NCBI RefSeq assembly: GCF_036588685.1
Contig: NC_086380.1
Span: 13,392,001 to 13,456,000, forward strand
Direction of reading: 5' to 3'
DNA from: Mytilus trossulus
Lineage: Eukaryota
Length of the DNA: 64,000 nt
Every line of letters begins with the position of its first letter. Position 1 is the stretch's first letter. The translations under genes were made by a program, and so were the position numbers. The notes under the pieces were generated by a model, which made no database searches, had not been told where the DNA came from, and saw only the letters and a program-made list of their open reading frames with translations. Shown here in pieces: positions 1 through 12,489 of this stretch.

Positions 1-190
1 TGTCCCATAAAGTTGTCTTTTTCATTTATTCATTAAGGCTATAGTTTTTATTCATTTCATGTTTTTAATTCCAAGCACAGCTACACTGCATATTCCTGGT
101 ATAAACATGGAACTGAGGGCCAAAAAGTAAAATATTAAATACAGTTAATTATATTAAATTGTTATAAACTCAAATGAACAAAAGAGACTT

Positions 191-1065
191 CACAGATAAT
201 GTAGAGGGTATTGTCTGTCACAGATAATGTAGAGGGTATTGTCTGTCACGGATAATGTAGAGGGTATTGTCTGTCACGGATAATGTAGAGGGTATTGTCT
301 GTCACAGATAATGTAAAGGGTATTGTCTGTCTCGGATAATGTAGAGGGTATTGTCTGTCACAGATAATATAGAGGGTATTGTCTGTCACAGATAATGTAG
401 AGGGTATTGTCTGTCACAGATAATGTAGAGGGTATTGTCTGTCACAGATAATGTAGAGGGTATTGTCTGTCACAGATAATGTAGAGGGTATTGTCTGTCA
501 CAGATAATGTAGAGGGTATTGTCTGTCACAGATAATGTAGAGGGTATTTTCTGTCACGGATAATGTAGAGGGTATTGTCTGTCACAGATAATGTAGAGGG
601 TATTGTCTGTCACAGATAATGTAGAGGGTATTGTCTGTCACAGATAATGTAGAGGGTATATATATATTGTCTGTCACAGATAATGTAGAGGGTATTTTCT
701 GTCACGGATAATGTAGAGGGTATTGTCTGTCTCGGATAATGTAGAGGGTATTGTCTGTCACAGATAATGTAGAGGGTATTGTCTGTCACAGATAATGTAG
801 AGGGTATTGTCGGTCACAGATAATGTAGAGGGTATTGTCTGTCACAGATAATGTAGAGGGTATTGTCTGTCACAGATAATGTAGAGGGTATTATCTGTCA
901 CAGATAATGTAGAGGGTATTGTCTGTCACAGATAATGTAGAGGGTATTGTCTGTCACAGATAATGTAGAGGGTATTATCTGTCACAGATAATGTAGAGGG
1001 TATTGTCTGTCACAGATAATGTAGAGGGTATTGTCTGTCACAGATAATGTAGAGGGTATTGTCTG
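191..1065. repeat. Tandem minisatellite, 28-bp unit CACAGATAATGTAGAGGGTATTGTCTGT, about 31 copies
   Basis: Unit starts at 191, 219, 247 and onward. Copies are very homogeneous, with one (TA)n slip near 660. No unique spacers. Confidence 0.97.
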
Positions 1066-3109
1066 ATAACAACTTTTTCATTGGTCAACATGAAATCTTT
1101 TTTTCTGTTGAGTATAAGGTAACTTTTATATGTATTTGTTAGTACACTGCTGAGTAAAACGGTACTATACTAAGTATATCACTGTACGTTATATTTTTAA
1201 TTATGTTGGTAGCATAGTTGCAATATACTCGTGTTACTCTATAAGAAAAATAATTATTAGTCTATAGTGCGCCGTATTTTGTTGGTCAATACAAGATTTT
1301 GAATGTGGCGAGAAAAATATATTGATATAGGTGTATTGTTTCTGTAAAAAGTGATTGAAAAGTATTGATATTTTAATGTGATTGCTAGTTTATGTATTAA
1401 AGAACGTATATCTTACTGATAATAAAAGTACCAATGAACTGATTTCCATGTGTAAAACCAAAGTAAAAGCTCATATATATATGCATTTTCCAGTATAAAA
1501 TAAGATGATGTGATATGATTGCCAATGAGATATTTCTCCACCAGAGACCAATTAAAGTAAAAGTTAATAATATTAGGTCAAAATTTTTCTTTAACCCGAA
1601 TGATGACCTTATATGGTATAAAATGTTGCAAAACATCTAAATAATTGACAGAGTATGCATAATACGTATTATTCATTAAGCGTGTCTCTAGGGGCTTCTA
1701 AAAATATGTGTGATATTTGCATAAATGCATCTGTTAAAGTCATATGATTAACAACAACTCTTGTGTCCTACAAATAGACCATTACTAAATAAGAGTGTAA
1801 TCATTGCTCAACCTGAGAGGATGCACAACACCATTGGTAATTTCTGTTATAATTGTTCATTTAATTCTATATTAGAGAAACCAGACTGTCAATTGATATT
1901 GCTAGTTTTAGAATTGAATATTTATGCTTCAATATATATTTATTATATTGATACAACTGCATGACGTCCTCGTGTGCAACATGTTTTCTATTTCCAATAA
2001 ATGTCATTAGGTGCGATTTAGACTTAAAATATGGAAACTAATATAAAGAACACAAGAATCAAAACCGGCATAAAGAAAACTAAACAAAATCAACGCTGTG
2101 GTTCTAGTTCAGACACAGCTGTGATACCATTTTAGACAATATATTAAGAATGGTGTTTTCAATTTCAATCTTTGTCAACATTAGTTATTACTACCACGCA
2201 TCTTGATTGATTTTCAGAATATCATTGCATAATCTCAATGCAATAGATTTATTCCACAAGTCTGTGGTTCGTGCTAGACATTACTTACTTCAGATGATGC
2301 AATACCAGAGATGACGTTTTTTTAAATCATGAACTGGATGTCGCCGTAGCGATTCCGTGACATCAGGTCGTAATTTTCTCATCCCCCTAATTTGTCTGGA
2401 ACAATATTATGATAACCTTTGAAGTATTAAGACCAAAGACAATACAACTAAGAATAGAAGAGAAATATTACGAACTTGAAAGTGGGTAATTGATACGACT
2501 TAAATACTTTGCTTTGTCGAGTAATATCAGCTCATAAGCTTGATTTTGATATTTGGAACAAAATACTAACAGTACTTCTTTCTAATACAGAATGATGTCT
2601 TTTGTATTATGTCTAAATACCCCTATTGACGTTGACTTATTTGTTCTCATATCGCACTCTCTAATGACATAACTATGCATGAGGGACTTAAACAACCCTT
2701 ATGTAACCTCAACATTTAACGAGCTTGTGAAGACAATTGCTGTTCCCTTTATTGAAAATTAGTGGTTTAATTTCATATCGACAAGTGCCAAATCAATGTC
2801 TAATTAAATTTCCCATCAAATCATTGCTATTGACCAGGATATTGACCTATCAATAGATTACACGGTAAAGGTGGAATACCAATGAGCTATTTATTGTTCT
2901 TGTTATGTCATCGTAGTGGAGAAATCAGCCTATTATTGATAGTTAATAACCTGACATTCTCTTAATGACAATCAGTAAAAAGTCGTTAATCTTTAAACCT
3001 TTGATACAAAGTGTATTGTATGCAGAAATATTGCTAAAGTAAAAATAATTGAATAGTACTTCTGGTAGGTCGTGAGGATATGTTATGTCAACATCTTCTT
3101 TGCTTTCTA

Positions 3110-3665
3110 GAATAAGGTCCCCCTATTTTGATACTTCCTAAAATCTTTCCTTCTAATGTGTTTCTTTCTCTAAAGTGGTTGCCATATTTGTTGCTTTCAC
3201 ACATGTGGTCCCCCTATTGTGTTGCTTCATAAAATATGGTCCTTCCCACTTCGTTATTTTAGTCTCAAAAGTGATCGCCATCTTTGTTGCTTTCTAAAAT
3301 GCGGTCCCCCTTCGGTTGCTTTCTGAAATGTGGTCTCCTAATATGATTTCTACCTCAAAGTTGTTCCCCGTATTTTTTGTTCCTCGAATGAACACAGGCA
3401 AATTTCATGTAAATTTAAATTAATGTGAATCTGACGTGAAATTTCACCTCAAACAAGCTTATACGTGAAACTTACGTGATTTCAGTTCTTGTGAGTTAAT
3501 TCAATTTCACGTGAGTTTCATGAATAAACTCGTTTGAGTTGAATCTCACGTGAAACTTTCAACGTGAATTTCACGTGGGCAACATTTGCCTGTTGTCCCT
3601 CGTTTTGTTGCTTTCTACGATTTGATCCCCCGAATTTCTTGCTTTCTCAAATGTGGTCCTTAAAT
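3110..3665. repeat. Degenerate tandem repeat (GTGGTCCCC..TTGTTGCTTTCTAAAAT-like, ~30-35 bp) interrupted by a small MITE
   Basis: GGTCCCC / TTGCTTTC / AAATGTGG motifs recur on both sides of 3394-3593. Confidence 0.6.
3394..3593. mobile_element. ~200-bp MITE-like element rich in (C)ACGTGAA motifs
   Basis: 10-bp terminal inverted repeats ACAGGCAAAT (3394-3403) and ATTTGCCTGT (3584-3593). Internal CACGTG/ACGTGAA repeats. Confidence 0.6.
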
Positions 3666-4695
3666 ATTATTTATAGATGTTTTCTAGCTGTTTTTATGTT
3701 CAGATTAGACGCTTCAATACAGAAAGAACCCATATTTGTAGGACACTTATCGTTCCAGTATACGATGACATGTGGTATTAATGCGATAGCAACCGAACAC
3801 AAAACAAAACAACTTAAAAGACAATATTTTATCAGTGTATGATCGTCTACAATAGGGAAGTCTGGAGTTGTTGGGATGGTTTATTGCACGTTATCTCAAA
3901 AAAGAGCTTATTTCCTTCCGAGGTTAAGGGTTGTGGTAGAAAAGTTGATGAAATCAAGTTTTAAAAATCATTTTGAAGGTCTTCCAACAATTTTGCATAT
4001 TATCTCAAATTTTGAAATGTTATTCAGCCTTGCACTTTGCTTTTAATTCTGATAAGATCTTAAATACTTTAGAATTAAGATAATGAAAATGCACAACAAA
4101 ACACAGTTTAAATTTATTCGTATTTAAAAGAAAACAGCAAAAAGATAAATATCATTTTTGATAGGTATTTGGTATTTCCCTCATCAATTCTTAGATAAAT
4201 GCTTGCAATTTATCAAAATTACAGTTTTGTGCTACCGTGAGCATTTATTTCAAAATGCATTCGTCAGATAAAATATTTGTAAGTAGAAATATTATAACAT
4301 GCTATTGTCTGAAGATTAAAGTACATGCAGCAATAGTATACTTTTAATTTCAGTAAAGTGTACAAAATTTATGTTCGGTTATAACTTATAAAGGAGAAAT
4401 TAACCTATCCCTAGAGTTGTATGCTACTCTTTTACAGTTAAATTAATTTTTGTTAGACTTTAACAAATATTATTACATTGTTTGCAATGAATTACATTGA
4501 TTTCCCAGTTAGATAAATCCGATAATTTCACATGTGAAATAAACGTGGTTATTTCACTCTCTGACGTCATACAACAATAGGCGTTGTCAAGACGTCGATA
4601 ACGTCGAAACAAAACATGCGTAGGAAAACCATATAGTTCCTTACATTTTCTACATTTATTTCATAAAAAAAAAATAATTTGACAATGTAATAAAA

Positions 4696-4853
4696 AGTAT
4701 AACTAATCGCCGTATTTGAATATCAAAAATAAGACAACTTGTGACTGAACGCCGCTATGGATTAAACTCGTGCTGCGCACTCGTTTAATCCATGCGTCGT
4801 TCGGTCACGCGTTGTCTTATTTTTTATATTCAAATACGGCGATTAGTTATACT
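4696..4853. repeat. Long imperfect palindrome (~158 bp), probably the end of a non-autonomous element
   Basis: AGTATAACTAATCGCCGTATTTGAATA...TATTCAAATACGGCGATTAGTTATACT, centred on GTGCTGCGCAC near 4775. Confidence 0.9.
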
Positions 4854-6342
4854 ATAAATACTCATCAGCACAATGCAAATACGATATTTATCTAAATACG
4901 AAATGATTTATTTATACATAACTGTTAAATACCACTACATCTGAGAAGAATGATGTGCTTAATATTAAGAATTGGAGAAAAGTCCGTTCTACGTTTACAT
5001 GCACGGAATATAAATTTTTTGGTGAGTCACATTGTCAGCATGTAAATTATAATGATAGCGACCAAAAAGGCATGATGGTGACTGTTAAATTTTTTGAAAT
5101 GCTGATTAAATTAATTATCTCTACAAAAGTTTAAGTTATGAAAACTTCATTTTTGACATGTCACATCGACATATTATCAAGGAGCAAGACAAAACATACA
5201 TCTCTGTATTAGTCGATGACAGAAAAAAATATGTGCAGTCGAAACTGAACACAAGACAAAGGTCTCAGAAATCACATGATATGTATTGTCGGAACTTTAA
5301 AACATGTTAAGATAATGAGTGGTCTATGTATTCACATGAGACATAATTTCGGAGCTAGGTATAGACAGAGGTCTTAGAAATCCACGAAATAAGTACAGCC
5401 GGAAGTGAATTCGTACTTCACAAAAGCTTAAGCTTTATTCAATGAGTGAATTATGTATTGATATTGTCTTTGTTGTGCAATTCTATTGCTTAATGCATAT
5501 ACAGAAGAGAAAAATAATACAAGCAATAATTAGCACTTTCTTAACATCTGAATCAAAATTACAAATAAATAGAAATTGTTAATAGTAATAGAATTTAATG
5601 AAAGCCTTAGAAAATTTTCTCATAATGTAGAAATGTAAATTCAAAAGGAATCATCATGAATTTCCGTTGTACAAGAATTGCTTGCATCAATCTATTCCGC
5701 CATTAAGTCATCCTAATTAAACCAAAGCGTATTAGACGACTTTCGATGCAACAAACGTATTCCTAATATATTACGTCATGCTAGTATTTTCAAATCAAAC
5801 TTAATTTGTTTTCGCTTCAGTTAGTCAAGCGTAAATAAGGAGCAACTAACTTAAAGGATTGTAAGCTTAAATAGGAAGATGATATGACGACAACTGAGTC
5901 TTTATGCAGTAATCATTCAATATGTGCAGTCAACATAGTCAAAATGCGCTGACTGTGTAATTTTATTTGATATACCGTCAGTATTCGTTATAATGTTTTA
6001 AGTCAGTCCTATCAATCTATAGCTAATATTCGTATTGGAATTATCACATTTCCTCAAGTCGGTCACCGACAAAATCTTGTTTCTGGACATTTCTTTTAGA
6101 AAAAATTAAAACACAAGTTCTTGTTTTTGTTCTAACATATTGTTTATAAAATTGTATAGATTATTACTTTTATTGATGATAGTTGAAGTGGTTTTATGTT
6201 TTCATTATGTAGTCTTGATACATATGCTAGAGCTGGTTTGTTTATGCATGATCCTAAAGGTAATCTGCCAAACTCTGCACGAAAATGGATGCCTTTCTGA
6301 AAAGATTAATCAATAAACTTACATGAAGTCATGTTTTTATAA

Positions 6343-6535
6343 GGCCGTTAGTTTTCTCGTTTGAATTGTTTTAATACATTGTCTTATCGGGGCCTTTTAT
6401 AGCTATCTATGGGGTTTGGGCTTTGCTCATTGTTGAAGGCTGTACAGTGACCTATAGTTGTTAATGTCTGTGTCATTTCGGTATCTTGTGGACAGTTGTC
6501 TCATTGGTATTCATACCACATCTTCTTTTTTTTTA
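6343..6535 (-). repeat. Dispersed repeat family A copy (AAGAAGATGTGGTATGATTGCCAATGAGACAAC.. family)
   Basis: Reverse complement of the copies at ~13020, ~33180 and ~51060. Confidence 0.85.
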
Positions 6536-6906
6536 TATTTACAGATGTCAACTTCGGTGTTTCTCCTTTGTTGACTCAATCATATTTTAAATACAAATTC
6601 ATAATAAGGAATATCACCATCCGAAGTTCTTGTATATTAAATTTAGCTTTAAATAACGCAGTGGAGTTGGCGTTGTTTATTCTTTTGATTTCTATGTTTT
6701 GTATTCTGTACTTTTATTTGTCTGTATGTCTTTTTTTATTTTTAGTCATGTCGTTGTCAGTTTACTTGCAATCTATGACTTGGACTGTCCCTCTGGTATC
6801 TTTCGTTCCTCTTTTAAGTCAATGAAAATAATGATATTTACTAACTTTTAAAATATATATATGAATCCAAAAATATTAGAATAGGATATCTATAAAAATC
6901 AGGGAT

Positions 6907-7439
6907 GGTGTTCTCGAAAGTATCCTAAGATTCGTTCTTAGTCATAGATAAGACCAATTTTAGGACGGACTTAAGATCAACTTAGGACACTCTTAAGTTG
7001 TGTCTCGAAGCTATCTCAGACGAATCTTATGTTAGGACGTCCTAAACATATCCTAAGTCGAAATTTTAATTCGTTAAAGATATTTGTTGATAAAACATTT
7101 ATACTTTATAATGACGAAAATATTTAATAAAATTGTTTACGAATTTTATTATAACATGTACAGAATAAATTGCATAATTACCAATGTTATTATATAAAAT
7201 AAAGATTGTTTTTTTTAAAATGGAAAACAATTTGTTTTGAAAAGAGAATTTAATTTTTAGTATAATCGTATCGTGAAACACGAAGTTCAAAGTTTAAAAT
7301 CATGCACCTTTTCTTTATAAACGAGTTAATAACCGATGGTGCGTTTCATTTCATGTTTATTTTCACGTAAAATAATGAGCGAAAAGAGAAATCCAAACTT
7401 TATTACACTAGGATGAAGATAGGATGCTCTTAAGACACC
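6907..7439. mobile_element. MITE-like element with imperfect ~20-bp TIRs and internal TTAGGAC/CTTAAG repeats
   Basis: GGTGTTCTCGAAAGTATCCTA (6907) versus TAGGATGCTCTTAAGACACC (7420-7439). Confidence 0.5.
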
Positions 7440-8017
7440 TTGTTGGTGTCCTAAAGTTAGGACGAAAAATTCACCCCAGAGCTTTCCATATATATGTCTA
7501 TAACTATTATTATTATTTATATGATAAAATGCAATGTATATTAGTCTCAATAATAGTTGATATCGGAGATGATACACGGACACAACAAAACTAATAACTT
7601 TGTGAAGATAAACGACTGCTTATTTATTGTGATCTAACATTCCGACTTCGTTTATTAATTGTTGGCGTTGGTGTTGATTGATTTAATTCGAATCTAATTA
7701 TAAATGATTGTATGTGCAATTTATTATCATTATCCTTGATCTGTTTGACATGTGCTTGAATTAATGGCTTCTTAACGAGGCATATAGTGAAACGTTGTCT
7801 GCCTTAAATTATTGGACCAAGTTAGTAAAATGCAACCCAATGTTCAACTTAAAATACTATCATACATTTCAAATACATTTATTTATCTTAATAACATGGT
7901 CTTTTATTTGACTTTGCAATTTGTTAGTCTTTACGGTTGTTTTACGCCTTTGTCTTATTGTGCAATTATCACTTTGTGTGTTCTTGCTCTATGTTTTGAT
8001 AAGGTGCCTCGGTTTTT

Positions 8018-8258
8018 AGTAGTAGTTAGTACTGTAATCACAAGCCACTTTACACTGAGGTTGTGAGTTCAAACCCCGCTCGTGCTGATGTACTCGATTT
8101 CAATCTTAATTGACTAGAATTGTCAGTTTTCCTATCGAAGCTCGGTGGTTTTCTCCGGCACTCCGGCATTCTCCACAAATAAAAACTTGCCGCCACGAAA
8201 TAGCCCAAAACCGGTGTTCAAATGTGGCGTTAAAACACATAAAGTCAATTCAAATCAA
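8018..8258 (+). mobile_element. tRNA-derived SINE (V/Meta-domain-like), diverged
   Basis: B-box-like GAGTTCAAACC near 8065, central GGTGGTTTTCTCCGGCACTCCGGCATTCTCCAC, and 3' GTGGCGTTAAAACAC with an (AATC)-like tail. A related fragment lies near 61335-61367. Confidence 0.65.
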
Positions 8259-8269
8259 CTTATTTTTGC

Positions 8270-8625
8270 ATAAATGTGGTTTGTTGCAATGCCATTTTGT
8301 GTTTCTTTTGTTGACATATTTTATTGTTTTTAAAAATGGTGATGAAGATTATAACACTATGTTGACTGATATAATATCCCTATATTAATGACATTTTGTG
8401 TTCACACATCGTTGTCAATAGGATGGAATATAATGCAACTTTCATACAAGTGTTAGGTTTAGCTAGCTATAAAACAAGTTTAGTTCGCCATTTACCACAT
8501 AAACAAATGCCTGTACCAAGTCAGGAGTATGACAGTTGTTTGAGATTTTGCTTTTGCCATTTGATAAAGGACTTTCCGTTTGGATTTTCCTTGGAGTTTG
8601 AGATTTCTGTTATTATTCTCTTTTT
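8270..8625 (-). repeat. Dispersed repeat family E copy (AAAAGTAAAATAACAAAAATACCGAACTCCGAGGAAAATTC.. family)
   Basis: Matches 47600-47950, with partial copies near 20265, 35990, 49285, 54487, 55652 and 58430. Confidence 0.8.
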
Positions 8626-9349
8626 TATACATCGGCAGGTTAACTGTTTTTGGCTTGATCACTCTAGTCTATGGTGTAGGTAAATGTTAATCCTCAAAAG
8701 CGGCGCGTTGGATGTTGACGTACGACTTCGGGGTTAATTTTCGTCGTTAAATCTATTTACCATTTGTTTATGCACTGACTATTACCAGTTTGAAATCATA
8801 CATTTTTATACTTTCAAGCAAAACCAAATAATTGTGCTATTATAACTGTGCTAAGACGAATTTCTTTTTAGTATGCATCTTTATTGAACCCTTAACGTGT
8901 AGAAAAGTGCATTATTATGCCTTATTAAAATATTTTGTTGTCGGTTTCGGTGACCCAGATCCTCAGACAGATCTGGAGGCCACCAGCCAAATATGCTTCA
9001 AACACAAATACAATTTACACATTTTGAGCATCATATATGTAATAATTTCCCTTTATTTTTGAATATTTATGAGTGGTATATATCATCAACCTTTAACAGA
9101 TAGCAAACAATATCGTAATTAATTGCAGGCTCAATTCATACCGTACTACAACATATACATTTTGTATTACTCATAAAATAAAATTAGGACAATGCAGAGT
9201 ATTAATGCCAACGCGACAACTTTCCAATAGAGACCAAAATGACGTAAACATTAGTAATCATATGTCATCGTACGGACTATGACAATAAACAAAGCTTATA
9301 TCGTACAGAAATATGTAAATCAATGCAAACTAGAAAATAACGGATTATA

Positions 9350-9920
9350 CACTGTAAAAATGGTGTTTAGATCCTAAACACAATAATGAATTCTAAGCAC
9401 ATCTTTTGTGCACTTTTTTCATGTTTAGATCTCAACGTGTCTCAGTACAGTGTGTTAAGGATTGAGTTTAGAATCGTGTTTAGCTTAGAAAAATGTGTTT
9501 AATTTCTTTCATTTTTAAACGTGTTTAATTTCACGTCATGTGTAAGGTGGGAGGAGATAACTCTGTAAAACCAGCATAACGTTTTAATTACGTTGTGTTG
9601 TAAAGGGAATATTAAGCTTCTCAATGATCAAAATTGGTGCTTGTCAAACTGCTATATAACCAGTTTAATCTTTCTGACAAAAGGGTTGGTTCAAAATTTT
9701 TTAAATTTTTATATTTTTGTTAAAGGGTCAAAGTAAATACTTTGTCAACATTTTATGAAAATTAAACGAGCCCAATTAATTTGAGTGAAAGTGTTGGGTA
9801 CCACCTTAAATGTTATGTGCTTACTGAAAAAGTTGTTTAGAAATTAAACATAATCTTAAACACGTTTAGATCTAAACATGTATCACATGTGTTTAAATTC
9901 TAAGCACGATTTTTACAGTG
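9350..9920. mobile_element. Non-autonomous DNA transposon with CACTG..CAGTG ends (CMC/EnSpm-like), carrying a nested insertion
   Basis: CACTGTAAAAA (9350) and TTTTTACAGTG (9910-9920). Subterminal GTGTTTAG(A) motifs in both orientations. Confidence 0.7.
9546..9805. mobile_element. Nested, internally deleted Kolobok-like MITE
   Basis: GGTGG..CCACC ends flanked by GTAA and TTAA, a TTAA-type target. Confidence 0.5.
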
Positions 9921-11759
9921 ACGTTAAGCACGTTATTGCGTCAATGCCGTGAAATGCGACAGAGCAATTTGATAAATTTTAGCTCTTCTATGAAAACTTA
10001 CTAGTTCAGCTTTATGAAATTTATATCCATAGATTAGGCAGGTATTACTGTTTCCAAAAATATCAAAAATATTCTTTTACTTTTCATAATAGTTTCAAAT
10101 AATGATACAAATATTACCAAAACGTCAAAAATATGCGTGTCAGACGTAACAAATTATTCCCAAAATAACTATTGCGGGAATTTTTGTGGTCTAATAAAAA
10201 GTTTAAAATCCGCGAAAATTCGCATGAATGATAGACGTCTAATATAATTTATGACGCCATTGCTGTTTTTTGTGTTGGTCGAACGGTAAAAAAATATTTT
10301 TTCAAAAACGAATATTCCTCGCCATGGTCAGGTTTCTAAAAATGGTAAATTATCAAACTTTATCGCTTTTTAAAATATCAGATGATATAAAATTTTGGTT
10401 TTATAAATTATTCCTACAAATGTGCTTAGATAGACCATTTCATACCCGAATTTTACAGCACTCGCACCACAAATAAAAACGCATTGGCCTCGGGAAAATG
10501 TCTTGCAAGATTGTCCAATATCGAATTTCGCCGCTTTTTATAAAAACACTGTCAGTTTCAACGTAATTTTATTAAGTATTCAATTTGTAGCATATAAAAC
10601 AGTGCTTTTTCGTAATTGTGCTTTCACCCCACAATACGATAACATACTTTTTGATAAGCTGTTAAGTCGAAATGACTTCGTTTTTTAACAAATCAAATGT
10701 CTTGCAAGTTTGTCCACTGAGCAATTTTCTTACGTTTTGAACGTTTTCGATTCGGGACGCTATACATATATGTGTTTTCAAATTATTTCTAAAAGTTTGT
10801 TCTTTGTTTTGGTATTAAACACCACATCATGTATAAGCGACATTTGTTGTATTTTATTGACCTGTCATCAAAGGTAGGAGAAGCCGGATATCAGGCGACC
10901 TAAGTTAAAATAGTTGCAATAACTGTCGATTAGGATCGGAGTCGAACAAATCTCGCCACGAGCGTATCTTAAAATTACCATGCTTTTTATCACTTTATAT
11001 AAACTCATTAGGCCAATCATCCCCCTAGGCCATCGAATTCGAAAGCAGTTCGTATTATCATATGATATATGAACAATATTTCATTGTTTTTAAATAACAA
11101 ATACGGTTCGATTTTATGTTTTAAGATCAGAGGACAAAACAAAATAACCAAATTACAAATTTCGAAAATAGATAGAATCATAGATATGAGTGGCCGTTCA
11201 TGTCATTTGCGTGATTATATACGCGTATATGATTTTATACGCGTAAATATACGCGTATATTGTGGTTTTCAACGCGTAAATTGTGGTTTTCAACGCGTAT
11301 ATTGTGGTTTTCAACGCGTATATTGTAGTTTTATACGCGTATATTGTTAAAATAAACACGTTTATACTAAAATCCAATTTATTTATCATAAACGCGTTAA
11401 TATACGCGTATGCAATCATTATATACGCGTTTATATACGCGTTAATTGCATAAATATACGCGTTACTATACGCGTATGAAATCATTATATACGCGTAAAT
11501 AAACATTCGTTTGTCTTTTTGTTTTAACCAATGAAAACTGCGTTTTAAACTAGTTTGTATATATATCACAATTGTCAGAATGAAGTGCGGTTCTTTCGAC
11601 CAACATACGTAATTAATCTCAAGACTTTACACCGTCTTATTTAAATTTCATTTATATGAAAGTTTGTTGCCTATAATTAAAATAATATCTAACAGTGTTT
11701 TTGGAATATTTGCTTATACTATTAAAGCATGGGTCCCTTTTCAAAAGTCTCCCAACTAT

Positions 11760-12130
11760 TTCCTTGATTTAGCAAGGTATTCTTTGATTGTTTTGGTACG
11801 TTTATACGCTATGATAGGTACCTGGGTGAAGATTTCACTACATTGTTTGTCTTTTTGCAGATTGCTCATTTTTTTCTTATAACCTTACTTAGATTTTTGT
11901 ACCATTGGATTATGTTTAGTAAGGAGGGTGAGTGGAACATTTTTTGTCCTATCGGCCTTTAATAAGGTTGTTTTTCTGCTTGTAGTATTTCTAACGTTTC
12001 TAATAACATACTGTTTTATTTTTACAGTATCATCTTTCAATATAAACTTATCTTGTAAGTTAGTTAAATTTCTATCTAACTCCTTGGTGTCACTATTATT
12101 TCTAATATAACGTATAGATTCACTTGCAAA
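11760..12130 (-). pseudogene. Penelope-like RT C-terminal/linker relic
   Basis: Translates to SESIRYIRNNSD..NVPLTLLTKHNP..(frameshift)..EIFTQVPIIAYKRTKTIKEYLAKS, matching the recalled PLE pattern E.LRY.R.NS / PIIAYRR.KNL. Confidence 0.7.
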
Positions 12131-12186
12131 CTGTAATACTTGTGAATGTGTGTTTTCGGATGTGCACTAGTGATTGGTAAATATTG

Positions 12187-12440
12187 ATACGTTTCATTTT
12201 TTTTAATATGTGATCTAACATCAAGGATTGCATTCTTATTGCCTATGATGTAACGTCTATGTACTCAAATATGAACATTAATAACTAAGAAGAAACAGTT
12301 ATCAATGCATTAGAATCAATTGACACACAAGAATATACTTTAAATATTCCCATCAAAAAAGTTTTAACGGCATCTGTTAAATTTATACTAAGAAACAATG
12401 AATTTGAATTTAATAGACAATTATACAAACAAATTATAGT
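12187..12440 (+). pseudogene. Penelope-like RT core relic
   Basis: DTFHF..ILIAYDVTSMYSN..KFILRNNEFEFNRQLYKQII with an in-frame stop. The DVxSxYxN and NNxFxFN..YKQ motifs are typical of PLE RT. Confidence 0.8.
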
Positions 12441-12489
12441 GGTACATTTTCTCCGACATGCACAGATGGTGTCTTCAACATGGACGTCA

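Noticed and set aside
191-1065. CRISPR array
   Set aside because: Units abut with no unique spacers, there are no cas genes, and the context is eukaryotic.
8040-8100. tRNA gene
   Set aside because: Only a B-box-like motif with no cloverleaf. It continues into a SINE body.
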